Source: an uncultured delta proteobacterium
GTDB lineage: Bacteria; Myxococcota_A; Polyangia; Fen-1088
Assembly: GCA_963737265.1 (NCBI GenBank)
Contig: CAVTRY010000013.1
Span: 32,001-96,000, forward strand
Direction of reading: 5' to 3'
DNA length: 64,000 bases
Below, in pieces: positions 9,359 to 18,480 of this stretch; within the stretch, counting starts at the first letter, position 1, and each line of letters starts with the position of its first letter. Below the pieces are notes generated by a model. The model had not been told where the DNA came from. It did not search any database and saw only the letters and a program-made list of their open reading frames with translations. Both the position numbers and the translations under genes were made by a program.

Positions 9359-12300
9359 ATGCCCTCCTTTGCCATTCGACATCCGTATTTGTTGATCGTT
9401 GTTTGTTTGTTCGTTTGCGTGCTCGGTCTGACCAGCGTCACGCGCATGCCCGTGGATATGTTTCCACCGATCAATCTTCCGGTGGTACTGGTCGCGACGT
9501 TTTATAGCGGAATGCCCCCGCAGCAGATCGAAGCCGACATTACCGACACGTTCGAGCGTTTTTTCACACTGGCCAGCGGAATCGACCACATGGAATCGCG
9601 GTCGATGACCGGCGTCAGCCTCATTAAGATCTACTTTCAACCGGGAACCGATGCGAATGCCGACGTGACCCAGGTCTCGAACCTCGCCATGGCGGACCTC
9701 CGAAGGCTGCCTCAGGGAACACTCCCCCCCGTCGTCATGAAGGTGGATGCCTCCAGTTTGCCGGTTTGCCTCTTGACCGTTTCGGGAGAGGGGTTGAACG
9801 AAACCCAGCTCCACGACTACCTGCAATACCAGATCCGAAACCAGGTCGCCGGCGTCCCTGGTGCGACGGTTCCACCCCCGTACGGCGGAAAATATCGGCA
9901 GATCATGGTCTATGTGGACCCGGTCAAACTGCAAGCCCACGAATTGAGTCCCATGGATGTGGTCCGCGCGACCAACTCTTCGAACTTGATTCTGCCTGCC
10001 GGGGACGTACGGATCGGGCCAATGGATTACAACATTTACACCAACGCCCAGGTCTCGGATGCAAAGGACCTTAACGGAGTCCCGATCAAAACCGAGGGCC
10101 AGAAATCCGTGTTTCTCTCCGACGTAGGCAGCGCTGTCGACGGCTCGGCCACGCAATACAACATTGTCCGTGTGGACGGCCAGAAATCGGTGTACGTCGC
10201 GGTGCAGAAGCAAGGCGGCGACACGAACACCATTGCCGTTGTGAACGGGATCAAGAACGCCATACAATTTCTGCGCGATATTCCGTCCCAGCTCAAGGCG
10301 CACGTCGTTTTCGACCAGTCTCTCTTCGTCAAGCAAGCCATTTCGACTGTACTTCGCGAGGGCAGCATCGGTCTTCTACTGACCGCAATCATGGTGCTGA
10401 TTTTTCTCGGGAGCGTTCGGGCCACGCTGGCCGTGCTTCTTTCGATTCCGCTTTCCGTCATGATCGTATTTTTCGTGCTCTATACCGGGAATCGCTCGAT
10501 CGACAGCATGGTTTTGAGCGGACTGGCCCTGGCGTTTTCCCGCTTGATCGACAACTCCGTGATCGTCCTCGAAAATATTTTTCGCCACATCGAGCACGGC
10601 GAGGACCCTCCGACTGCGGCGGAGAAGGGCGCCAATGAAGTGGTTCTCCCCGTGCTCGCGATCACGTTGATCGCGGTAGTAGTGTTCTTTCCGGTGACGT
10701 TTTTGTTCGGAGTCAGCAAGGACTTGTTCACCGCTCTCGCCCTCGCCGTTGTGATCGCTCTGTTTGCTTCTTACTTCGTTGCCGTCACGGTTGTGCCTCT
10801 TTACAGCGCGCGCTACCTCAAGCCGATGGAGGCGCATGGCGAACAGGAAGGGCGCTCCGCACTGGCCGGATTTCACACCTGGTTCAACGCCAAATTCGAG
10901 ATGCTTGCTGAACTTTTACGAACGATGGGTGCGAAGCGCCCTCGACCACCCCGCGAGAGTTCTCTATGGATTCGGCGCCTTGTTTCTCCTGAGCTTCCTT
11001 CTATTTCCCTTCGTGGGGCTTTCGTTTTTCCCCGAACCGATGCCGGGCAATTTGTGATCAACGTGAAGGCCCCGACGGGCACTCGAATCGAGCTGACGGA
11101 AAAATACGTGGAAAAGGTGGAAGACATCGTGCGGCAAATCGTTCCCGCCTCCGAGCTGAATACCATTGTTTCCAACATTGGCCTCACGCCTGACCTGTCC
11201 TCGCTGTTCACGCCGAATTCCGGAATGCACACGGCTTTCGTTCAAGTGGGACTGAAGGAGGACCATCAAGTGAATAGTTACGTCTACATGGGCCGGGTCC
11301 GCAATCGCGTAGCGAGGGAACTTCCGGAGTTGCGGACGTTCTTCCAGTCCGGCGGATTGGTCGATGCGGTCTTGAACCAGGGCGCCCCTGCGCCAATCGA
11401 CGTTCAAGTCAGCGGAATGGATTTGGAGGGAGATGACCGCGTTGCCGAGGAGCTCGCTCGCAAATTCCGTGCGGTACCGGGAGTTTCCGACGTGTACGTT
11501 CCGCAGGACATGGACTATCCGGCGTTGCAAGTGAACGTGGATCGCGAGCGCGCCAGCGAATTGGGACTGGACTCGAAGGAAGTGATCGACAACGTGATTA
11601 CGTCGCTGACCTCGGACGCGATGATTGCGCCGAGCTACTGGGTCGATCCCAAAAGCGGTAATAACTATTTCGTAACTGTCCAATATCCCGAAAATCAGGT
11701 GAAGTCCATCGAGGATCTGAAGGCCATGCCGTTGCACGCTCCCAATCTGAAACTTCCGACGTATTTGAATCAAGTCGCCGACGTGCGCCTGATCCGTTCT
11801 CCCACCGAAGTAGACCACTACCAACTGCAAAGAAGCATTGACGTGTATGTCTCCCCCTCCGGCGAGGATCTCGGGAAAGTCGCGAAAGCTGTTACAAAGA
11901 TTATCGCGGACACGCAACTTCCTCCGAACCTTCGCATTAACCTGCGGGGATTAGTGGTCACCATGCAGTCTTCGTTCCGGAGCTTCGGGTTTGGGCTTCT
12001 GCTCGCCGTGCTGCTGGCCTATTTGGTTTTGGTCGCGCAGTTCACATCCTTTGCCGATCCCTTTTTGATTGTTCTGGCGGTTCCGACCGGCATCATCGGA
12101 GTCCTGTTCACTCTCGCTCTGACCGGAACCACGCTGAACATCCAATCGCTGATGGGGGTGGTGATGCTGCAGGGAATGGTGGTCTCGAACAGTATCCTCA
12201 TCGTGGATTTCGCCAATGTGCTCCGCAGCGAGGGACATTCCGTCCTGGAAGCGATCGCGGACGCTTGCCGAATCCGTTTGCGTCCGATCCTGATGACTTC

Positions 12301-12505
12301 CTTGGCAACCATTGTCGGACTCCTGCCAATGGCCCTTAAACTGGAAACCGGCAGCGAAGCGTATGCACCGCTGGCGCTGGTCATTATCGGAGGATTGATC
12401 TCGTCCATCCTCCTGACGATCTTCGTCGTGCCGGCGGCCTACCTGTTGATCTACCGGCGTCGCGAAGCATCGGCGCGCGCCCCGGTCTTAGGGGAGGCGC
12501 ATTAA
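9359..12505 (+). CDS. RND efflux permease (AcrB/NolG-like), with compensating frameshifts at ~10905 and ~11025
   Basis: DMFPPINLP, LIDNSVIVLENI, RLRPILMT; the missing TM helix VLYGFGALFLLSFLLFPFVGLSFF lies in the alternate frame (10764..11057). Confidence 0.95.
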   Translation: MPSFAIRHPYLLIVVCLFVCVLGLTSVTRMPVDMFPPINLPVVLVATFYSGMPPQQIEADITDTFERFFTLASGIDHMESRSMTGVSLIKIYFQPGTDANADVTQVSNLAMADLRRLPQGTLPPVVMKVDASSLPVCLLTVSGEGLNETQLHDYLQYQIRNQVAGVPGATVPPPYGGKYRQIMVYVDPVKLQAHELSPMDVVRATNSSNLILPAGDVRIGPMDYNIYTNAQVSDAKDLNGVPIKTEGQKSVFLSDVGSAVDGSATQYNIVRVDGQKSVYVAVQKQGGDTNTIAVVNGIKNAIQFLRDIPSQLKAHVVFDQSLFVKQAISTVLREGSIGLLLTAIMVLIFLGSVRATLAVLLSIPLSVMIVFFVLYTGNRSIDSMVLSGLALAFSRLIDNSVIVLENIFRHIEHGEDPPTAAEKGANEVVLPVLAITLIAVVVFFPVTFLFGVSKDLFTALALAVVIALFASYFVAVTVVPLYSARYLKPMEAHGEQEGRSALAGFHTWFNAKFEMLAELLRTMGAKRPRPPRESSLWIRRLVSPELPSISLRGAFVFPRTDAGQFVINVKAPTGTRIELTEKYVEKVEDIVRQIVPASELNTIVSNIGLTPDLSSLFTPNSGMHTAFVQVGLKEDHQVNSYVYMGRVRNRVARELPELRTFFQSGGLVDAVLNQGAPAPIDVQVSGMDLEGDDRVAEELARKFRAVPGVSDVYVPQDMDYPALQVNVDRERASELGLDSKEVIDNVITSLTSDAMIAPSYWVDPKSGNNYFVTVQYPENQVKSIEDLKAMPLHAPNLKLPTYLNQVADVRLIRSPTEVDHYQLQRSIDVYVSPSGEDLGKVAKAVTKIIADTQLPPNLRINLRGLVVTMQSSFRSFGFGLLLAVLLAYLVLVAQFTSFADPFLIVLAVPTGIIGVLFTLALTGTTLNIQSLMGVVMLQGMVVSNSILIVDFANVLRSEGHSVLEAIADACRIRLRPILMTSLATIVGLLPMALKLETGSEAYAPLALVIIGGLISSILLTIFVVPAAYLLIYRRREASARAPVLGEAH

Positions 12506-13851
12506 TGCGTAGTTCTTGTGGCTCGTTGCTTTTTCTTATTTTCACCGGCGTCCTTTTCGCTGCCGGCCCATCTGGAGCGCAAACTCCGCCGCAGAATTCC
12601 GCTCTAGGTCCATCGCAAACCCCCAATCAAAATGCGCAGCGCCTGACGATGCAGGACGCGGAAAAGATTGCCATCCAAAACCATCCGCAGATTCAAGCGG
12701 CGACGGAATTAGCTTCGGCCGCCGCGGCTCAGGTGAAGGAGATTCAATCCGCCTATTATCCGCAATCGAGCGGGGCTTTCACGGGCGCCAAGGCGGAATC
12801 GAACAGCCGCATCGCCGCGGGGTTCTTGAACAGCCCGTCCTTGTTCGACAAGTTTGCCGAAGGGATTTCCGTTAGCCAGCTCGTGACCGACTTCGGCCGG
12901 ACGCACGAGCTCTCGAAGAGTTCGCATTTTCACGCGCAGGCGCAGCAGGAAAATGTTGTTACCACGCGCGCCGATGTGCTTTTGCGCGTCAACCTGTCCT
13001 ACTTCGCCGTGATGAAGGCGCAATCAGTCCTTCAAGTCGCTGAGGAGACGGTAAAGGCGCGCCAGTTGGTCGTCGATCAAGTGAGCGCCCTCGCGAAGAG
13101 CAGCCTCAAGTCCGGCCTGGACGTGAGTTTTGCGAATGTGGACCTGGCTCGAGCGCAGCTCTTGCTGGTGCAGGCGCAAAACGACTTGCAATCCTCCTAT
13201 GCGCAACTTTCCGACGCGCTCGGTTATTCGGACCAGCGGACGTTTCAGCTGGTCGACGAGCCTTCGCCGGGTTCTCCTCCGCCGGATGTGGCGCCGCTGA
13301 TTGCCGAAGCGTTGCAGAACCGGCCCGAAATCATAAGTCAGGGGTTTGACCTGCGGTCGGCGCAAAGCTACGCCACAGCGGAACGCGATCTCTGGTTTCC
13401 CACGATCTCGGCCGCCGGAGTAACCGGCCTTGTCCCCTACCGGCAAGACACATTGCCCAGCCGCTACGCCGCGGCGGGATTCAACGTCAATGTCCCGATC
13501 TTTAACGGACGACTTTTTAACGCCGAGCACACGGAGGCGACGGCGCGTGCACGCGCGCAGGAGCAATTTCTTCGCGATCTTCAGAACCGCGTCGCCCAGG
13601 ACGTCCGCACGTCCTGGCTCAATGTCATCTCCGCCTACCAGCGCCTATCCCTCACCCAACAATTGCTCGATCAGACCACCCAGGCTTTCGATCTGGCCAA
13701 GGGGCGGTACCAATTGGGCTTGAGCTCGATCATCGAACTCAGCCAGGCGCAATTGAATTTGACCGAGGCGCAAGTCGAGCAAGTCAGCGCGCAGTACGAT
13801 TACGAAAGCCAGACAGCCAATTTGAATTACCAGTTGGGACGCGTGAAGTGA
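12505..13851 (+). CDS. TolC-family outer membrane factor
   Basis: Signal peptide, two OEP repeats, RYQLGLSSIIELSQAQ; TAATG overlap with the RND gene. Confidence 0.9.
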   Translation: MRSSCGSLLFLIFTGVLFAAGPSGAQTPPQNSALGPSQTPNQNAQRLTMQDAEKIAIQNHPQIQAATELASAAAAQVKEIQSAYYPQSSGAFTGAKAESNSRIAAGFLNSPSLFDKFAEGISVSQLVTDFGRTHELSKSSHFHAQAQQENVVTTRADVLLRVNLSYFAVMKAQSVLQVAEETVKARQLVVDQVSALAKSSLKSGLDVSFANVDLARAQLLLVQAQNDLQSSYAQLSDALGYSDQRTFQLVDEPSPGSPPPDVAPLIAEALQNRPEIISQGFDLRSAQSYATAERDLWFPTISAAGVTGLVPYRQDTLPSRYAAAGFNVNVPIFNGRLFNAEHTEATARARAQEQFLRDLQNRVAQDVRTSWLNVISAYQRLSLTQQLLDQTTQAFDLAKGRYQLGLSSIIELSQAQLNLTEAQVEQVSAQYDYESQTANLNYQLGRVK

Positions 13852-13901
13852 ACAATCGCGGATTTCTGCATGCCTGCGTGCCCGGTGCAATTCGCGGGGA
13901 T

Positions 13902-13967
13902 GTAGCGCCAACCTTTAGGTTGGCATTTTTGATCGCCGGCAAATGCCCGCCTGAAGGCGGGCGCTAC
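13902..13967. repeat. REPIN (GTAGCGCC type)
   Basis: GTAGCGCCAACCTTTAGGTTGGC ... GCCCGCCTGAAGGCGGGCGCTAC. Confidence 0.85.
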
Positions 13968-14009
13968 ACAACCCCCGGACATTTGAATGCCGGTGCGCCA
14001 TCTCCGCGC

Positions 14010-14039
14010 TTGACAACTTAATTTCTTGCGCCCTATGCT
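14010..14039 (+). promoter_or_regulatory. sigma70 promoter, probably giving a leaderless rpiB mRNA
   Basis: TTGACA-18-TATGCT; GTG start 7 nt after the -10 box. Confidence 0.6.
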
Positions 14040-14046
14040 GAGGCCC

Positions 14047-14475
14047 GTGAAAATCTCCATTGGTTCCGATCACGCCGGATTTGAATACAAGGAAAAAATA
14101 CGGGCACTTCTGTCCTCGCTCGGCCATGAAGTGAAGGACTTCGGCACGTACAGCGCCGAGCCGCCCGTGGACTATCCGCTCTTCATCCGCCCCACGGCGG
14201 AGGCCGTCGCCTGCGGCGAGTTCGAGCGCGGCATCGTGCTCGGCGGTTCGGGAAACGGGGAAGCGATGGTCGCCAACAAGGTGCATGGCATCCGCTGCGC
14301 GCTTTGCTGGAGCCTGGAGACAGCCCGCCTCGGGCGAGCCCACAACGACAGCAACGTCCTTTCAATCGGCCAGAGAATGATTCCCGAGGATCTGGCGCTG
14401 GAAATTGTGAAGGTTTGGCTCGTCACGCCTTTCGAGGGCGGTCGTCACATCCGCCGCATCGCCGAGATCGAATAA
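14047..14475 (+). CDS. rpiB: Ribose-5-phosphate isomerase B
   Basis: IGSDHAG, DYP, GGSGNGE, ANKV, RAHND, FEGGRHIRR. Confidence 0.95.
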   Translation: MKISIGSDHAGFEYKEKIRALLSSLGHEVKDFGTYSAEPPVDYPLFIRPTAEAVACGEFERGIVLGGSGNGEAMVANKVHGIRCALCWSLETARLGRAHNDSNVLSIGQRMIPEDLALEIVKVWLVTPFEGGRHIRRIAEIE

Positions 14476-14502
14476 TATTCATTGGGCCTTCCCGAGGTGA
14501 TC

Positions 14503-15531
14503 ATGAAGCGGCTTTTGAAAGTGTCCGTTGTAATTGTGCTGTGCCTCGTCGTCTTGCTTGCAGCGGGAATTACGGCGACGATTGGCTGGCGTCCGTTCAT
14601 TGGCCCGCGCATGCGCCCCCTGACCAATCGAGTGTTCGAAAAGACCCCGGAGCGATGGTCGCGCGGACAATACATTGTCGAAAACGAAGCCGCGTGCATG
14701 GATTGCCATTCGCCGCACGATTGGACCAAGCACGACGCCCCAATGATTCCCGGCATGGAAGGGGCTGGCCAGGATTTTTCGATCTTGCAGGGCTTGCCGG
14801 GCCATGTGGTGGTGCCCAATATTACGCCCGATCCCGAGACCGGGGCCGGTACGTGGAGCGATGACGCCCTGGCCAGGGCGATTCGCGAGGGGATCGGGCA
14901 CGACGGCCGAACGTTATTTCCTCTGATGCCCTACGAAAACTACCGGCACATGCCGGATGAGGATCTGGCATCGGTGATTGTGTATTTGCGTTCACTGCCG
15001 CCCGTTCGGAACGCCATGCCGAAAACGGAAATCATTTTTCCCGTGAAATATCTCATGCGAAGCACGCCTCAGCCGGTCACGGAGCCAGTGTCCGCTCCCG
15101 ATGTTTCCGACCCGGTGAAGCGCGGCGCCTTCCTGATGACCATCGCGAGTTGCAGGGACTGCCACACACCGATGGATAAGGGCGCGCCACTCCCGAACAT
15201 GGATCTGGCGGGCGGACAGATTTTCGAGGGCCCGTGGGGAAGAGTCGCCACACCTAACCTGACTCCCGATCCGTCGGGCATTCCGTACTACGACGAAATT
15301 CTGTTTTTGCAGGCGATTCGAACCGGATACGTCAAGGCCCGGCCTTTGAATCAGATGATGCCCTGGCACATTTACCGCGGCATGACGGACGACGATTTGA
15401 AGGCCATTTTTGCCTATTTGAAGACGGTCAAGCCTGTCCATCATGTTGTGGATAATGCGGAGCCGCCGACGATGTGCGTGTTATGCGGGGCGATGCACGG
15501 CGGCGGGGATAAGAATCAGAAAGCGCAGTAG
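14503..15531 (+). CDS. Membrane-anchored dihaem cytochrome c
   Basis: N-terminal TM, CMDCH and CRDCH, duplicated PN(I/L)TPD...MP...D.DL motifs. Confidence 0.9.
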   Translation: MKRLLKVSVVIVLCLVVLLAAGITATIGWRPFIGPRMRPLTNRVFEKTPERWSRGQYIVENEAACMDCHSPHDWTKHDAPMIPGMEGAGQDFSILQGLPGHVVVPNITPDPETGAGTWSDDALARAIREGIGHDGRTLFPLMPYENYRHMPDEDLASVIVYLRSLPPVRNAMPKTEIIFPVKYLMRSTPQPVTEPVSAPDVSDPVKRGAFLMTIASCRDCHTPMDKGAPLPNMDLAGGQIFEGPWGRVATPNLTPDPSGIPYYDEILFLQAIRTGYVKARPLNQMMPWHIYRGMTDDDLKAIFAYLKTVKPVHHVVDNAEPPTMCVLCGAMHGGGDKNQKAQ

Positions 15532-15607
15532 GACGGGCTTCAGCCTGTCTGGGTTTGAATTTTGCGGACTCTGCGTCCAAAGCAGACAGGCTTGAAGCCT
15601 GTCCTAC
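15528..15607. repeat. REPIN whose terminal GTAGs contain the stop codons of both flanking genes
   Basis: GTAGGACGGGCTTCAGCCTGTC ... GACAGGCTTGAAGCCTGTCCTAC; TAG at 15529-31 (+) and 15606-04 (-). Confidence 0.9.
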
Positions 15608-16656
15608 TGTTTCCCAATCACCAGTACTCCAAATGTGCCGGGGAGAACCGGGGGTCTCGCCCTCGGATTCTCGGGAGTCGGAGCTGGGCGGGGGCCAAGT
15701 TCCGCGGCTGCGACATACACCCTGCCGGTTTTTCGATCGACAGCCATCGTGCGCGCGCCTGCTTGCGTGGGCACGTTTTCGACAAGCTCATACTGGTCCG
15801 GCGTTTTTTCATGGAAAATCGAGAGAACGCCGTCCGCGCCCGTGGAAAAATAGGCCAGCCCCGATTTCGGATCGAACTCCGCAGCGTCCACGCCTCCGCC
15901 GATTTTGTTGCTGGCGACGATCTTGCCCGAGGTCGCGTCCACAACGATCATCATTCCGGCGCCGCGGCAGCCGATGAAAATGCGCGCGTGGGCGCGGTCC
16001 ATGTCCATACTGCTGGGCGCTTCGCACGGGGCCGTGGACCAGGTTTCCATCACTTTCAATTCCTTCGCGTCGAGTTTCAAGAGGGTGTTGCGATCCTGCA
16101 TGTTCAGGAAGACGTGCCCGGCTTCGTCGGAGGCGAGGTGTTCCGTTCTGCCGCCCAGATTTTCGATTGTTCCGGCGATTTTGCCGGTCTTCGCATCGAT
16201 GGCGGTGACGCGTTTGCTGCCGCGGTCCGCGGTAAAGATGCGCTTCGTCAAATGGTCGTAGATGATTCCATTCGGGTCGTCTCCCACCCTCACTTCGCCG
16301 ATCTTCGCCAGGTTTTTGAGATCGAAGATCACGACGGAGCCGGGATTGCTCTGGGTGATGAATCCGCGTCCAAATTCGGAAGCGATTGCGGCGCCGTGCA
16401 TGTCCGGGCCGCCCGTGATTTTTCCGATGATGGCTCCGGTATCGAGATCGAGGACAACAATCTCTTTGTCGTGCGAAACGTACAACCTGCGGCCATCGCT
16501 GTCCGCCGCGACATAATCCCATCCTCCGTCGCCGGGGATGGGAATCTTTTTGATTAGATGGTAAGCGCCTGCGGCCGCCGCTGCGATTGCAATCAATGTG
16601 GAAAAAACTAATGTGAAAGCTGCGAGCCGCAGGATTCCAGTTTCAGTTTTCTTCAT
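15604..16656 (-). CDS. Secreted YncE/YVTN-type beta-propeller protein
   Basis: Signal peptide, GGWDY, repeated blades, GARTMAVD. Confidence 0.85.
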   Translation of the reverse strand: MKKTETGILRLAAFTLVFSTLIAIAAAAAGAYHLIKKIPIPGDGGWDYVAADSDGRRLYVSHDKEIVVLDLDTGAIIGKITGGPDMHGAAIASEFGRGFITQSNPGSVVIFDLKNLAKIGEVRVGDDPNGIIYDHLTKRIFTADRGSKRVTAIDAKTGKIAGTIENLGGRTEHLASDEAGHVFLNMQDRNTLLKLDAKELKVMETWSTAPCEAPSSMDMDRAHARIFIGCRGAGMMIVVDATSGKIVASNKIGGGVDAAEFDPKSGLAYFSTGADGVLSIFHEKTPDQYELVENVPTQAGARTMAVDRKTGRVYVAAAELGPRPAPTPENPRARPPVLPGTFGVLVIGKQ

Positions 16657-16778
16657 CGTATTCTTCCTCGATTGCGCGTCGACAACGGCTACTCAAGTGA
16701 AGGCATTCTATCCCGGATTTTCACCATTGGTTTCAGAATCTGCACCTATGCCGTGGATGGGACTTGGCCTGCAGCATT

Positions 16779-16807
16779 CGTGGCGCCGGCGGGACGCCGG
16801 CGCCACG
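16779..16807. repeat. GTGG-type REP palindrome
   Basis: CGTGGCGCCGGCG GGA CGCCGGCGCCACG; related to the copy at 28774-28796. Confidence 0.75.
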
Positions 16808-16851
16808 AAAGGTTTGTGTTCCTCCGAATAGGATTTGGCGCGAAATAAATG

Positions 16852-18480
16852 CTAATCCACGGCGGGAAGCTTGGAAACATCCCAGCCGCCGCCGAGGGCT
16901 TCCACAAGGAGAACGGTGGACGTCAAACGGCGAGTCAGGAGACTGACGGCCGCCCGTTCGTTTGACAGCGCGGCGCTCTGCGCGGTAATCACGGTCAGGT
17001 AGGTGTCAAGCCCGCCCTTGTACCGGTTCGTGGATTGCTCGAGAGCGCGATTCGCGGCTCCAACCGCCGCGTCCTGCGTCTTCGCTTCTTCCTCGAGGAC
17101 TCGAAGGTCGGACAAGGAATCCTCCACCTGCTGGAACGAGGTGAGCACCGTCTGCTGATAATCCGCAATCATTTCGTCGTAGCTGGCGATGGCCTGATCG
17201 GATACGGCGCGCCTGCGCCCGGCATCGAAAACAGTTTCCGCCGCGGTCGCGCCAATGGACCAGAGTGCGCTCGGCCCCGTCAGCCAATTTGGAAACCGGC
17301 CGCTCTCGAATCCTCCCACGAGCCCCAGGGTGATCGTCGGGAAAAAAGCCGCCCTCGCGATTCCAACCTGCTCGTTGGCGGAGGCGACTCGTCTTTCCGC
17401 GCCGGCAATGTCGGGGCGCCTTTCGACGAGTTCAGACGGAAGCCCGGGAGGAGGCACCGGCGGAGTGGCGGGCAGCGGAGCGGGATCCAGACTGAAAGTG
17501 GAAGCCGGCTGCCCGATGAGTACGGCGACGGCGTGTTCAAATTGGTCCCGCGCGGAAGTAATGTCAATATCCTGGGCGCGCGTTTGCTCGAGTTGCGTGT
17601 CGGCCAACTCCACGTCTTCCCGCGAAGCGACGCCGCCCTTGAAACGGTCCTCGGTGAGTTGCACCGCTTTTTGAAAGGCATCGACGTTGGTATCGAAGAG
17701 CTGCTTCTGCGCATCGAGTCCGCGGAGCGTCAAGTAATCCAGCGCCAGTTCCGCATGTAGGCTGAGACGCAGCGTTTCGAGATCTGCGGCCGAGGCCTGC
17801 GCCAGCGAGCGGCTTGATTGCACGCTTCGACGGACACTCCCCCAGACGTCCGCCTCATAGGAAAAATCTCCCGCGAGCGTCAGGTCCGAATAATTGACCG
17901 GAGCGGTCCCGCCGAAAAGGGCTTTATGCTGGGATTGCCGGTCTTGCGACGGCGTTACGCTGGCGGTGACGAGCGGATACAGGGCGGATCGCGTCTCCCG
18001 CAGCACGTCGCGCGCTTCCTGAAACCGGTCCACGGCGGCTCGCAGGGATTGGTTGGAGACGTCGACTTTTTCTTCCAGGGCATTCAGCTGGGGGTCCTGA
18101 AAAATCTCCCACCATTTTCCCTTTTGCGCCTGGTCGCCCGGCTGCGCCGGTTTCCAGTTTGCATTTTCCTTGTATGCAGGCGGAATTTGCGTCGTGGGTT
18201 TTGAATACTTCGGGCCCACGGAGCAGCCGCCGGCGAGGAGAATGCCCAGGGAAAGAATCGGAAATATTCGCAGGCGAAACGCGCTTCGACAGAAGCGCCC
18301 CGCATTTTTGTCATTCCGAGCGGAGCGAGGAATCTCTCTTTCTTTTCTTAAACGTAAACCGAGGAGAGATTCCTCGCTCCGCTCGGAATGACAAAATTGA
18401 TTATTGTTTCCGCAGCCGGAAAAGTAACTTCCAGGCTGGCCATGTTGGAATGACCGGGAATCTCCAGTCCGCCGAAACAT
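16852..18480 (-). CDS. NodT/OprM-type outer membrane efflux lipoprotein
   Basis: Lipobox-like LAGGC-SVGPKY, WW.IFQDPQLN, LPSELVERRPDIAGAER; ATG at 18480 overlaps the upstream TGA. Confidence 0.9.
   Translation of the reverse strand: MFRRTGDSRSFQHGQPGSYFSGCGNNNQFCHSERSEESLLGLRLRKEREIPRSARNDKNAGRFCRSAFRLRIFPILSLGILLAGGCSVGPKYSKPTTQIPPAYKENANWKPAQPGDQAQKGKWWEIFQDPQLNALEEKVDVSNQSLRAAVDRFQEARDVLRETRSALYPLVTASVTPSQDRQSQHKALFGGTAPVNYSDLTLAGDFSYEADVWGSVRRSVQSSRSLAQASAADLETLRLSLHAELALDYLTLRGLDAQKQLFDTNVDAFQKAVQLTEDRFKGGVASREDVELADTQLEQTRAQDIDITSARDQFEHAVAVLIGQPASTFSLDPAPLPATPPVPPPGLPSELVERRPDIAGAERRVASANEQVGIARAAFFPTITLGLVGGFESGRFPNWLTGPSALWSIGATAAETVFDAGRRRAVSDQAIASYDEMIADYQQTVLTSFQQVEDSLSDLRVLEEEAKTQDAAVGAANRALEQSTNRYKGGLDTYLTVITAQSAALSNERAAVSLLTRRLTSTVLLVEALGGGWDVSKLPAVD
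18306..18396. repeat. 33-bp perfect inverted repeat (TGTCATTCCG-type palindromic element)
   Basis: TTTTGTCATTCCGAGCGGAGCGAGGAATCTCTC, 25 nt loop, then the exact reverse complement. Confidence 0.9.
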
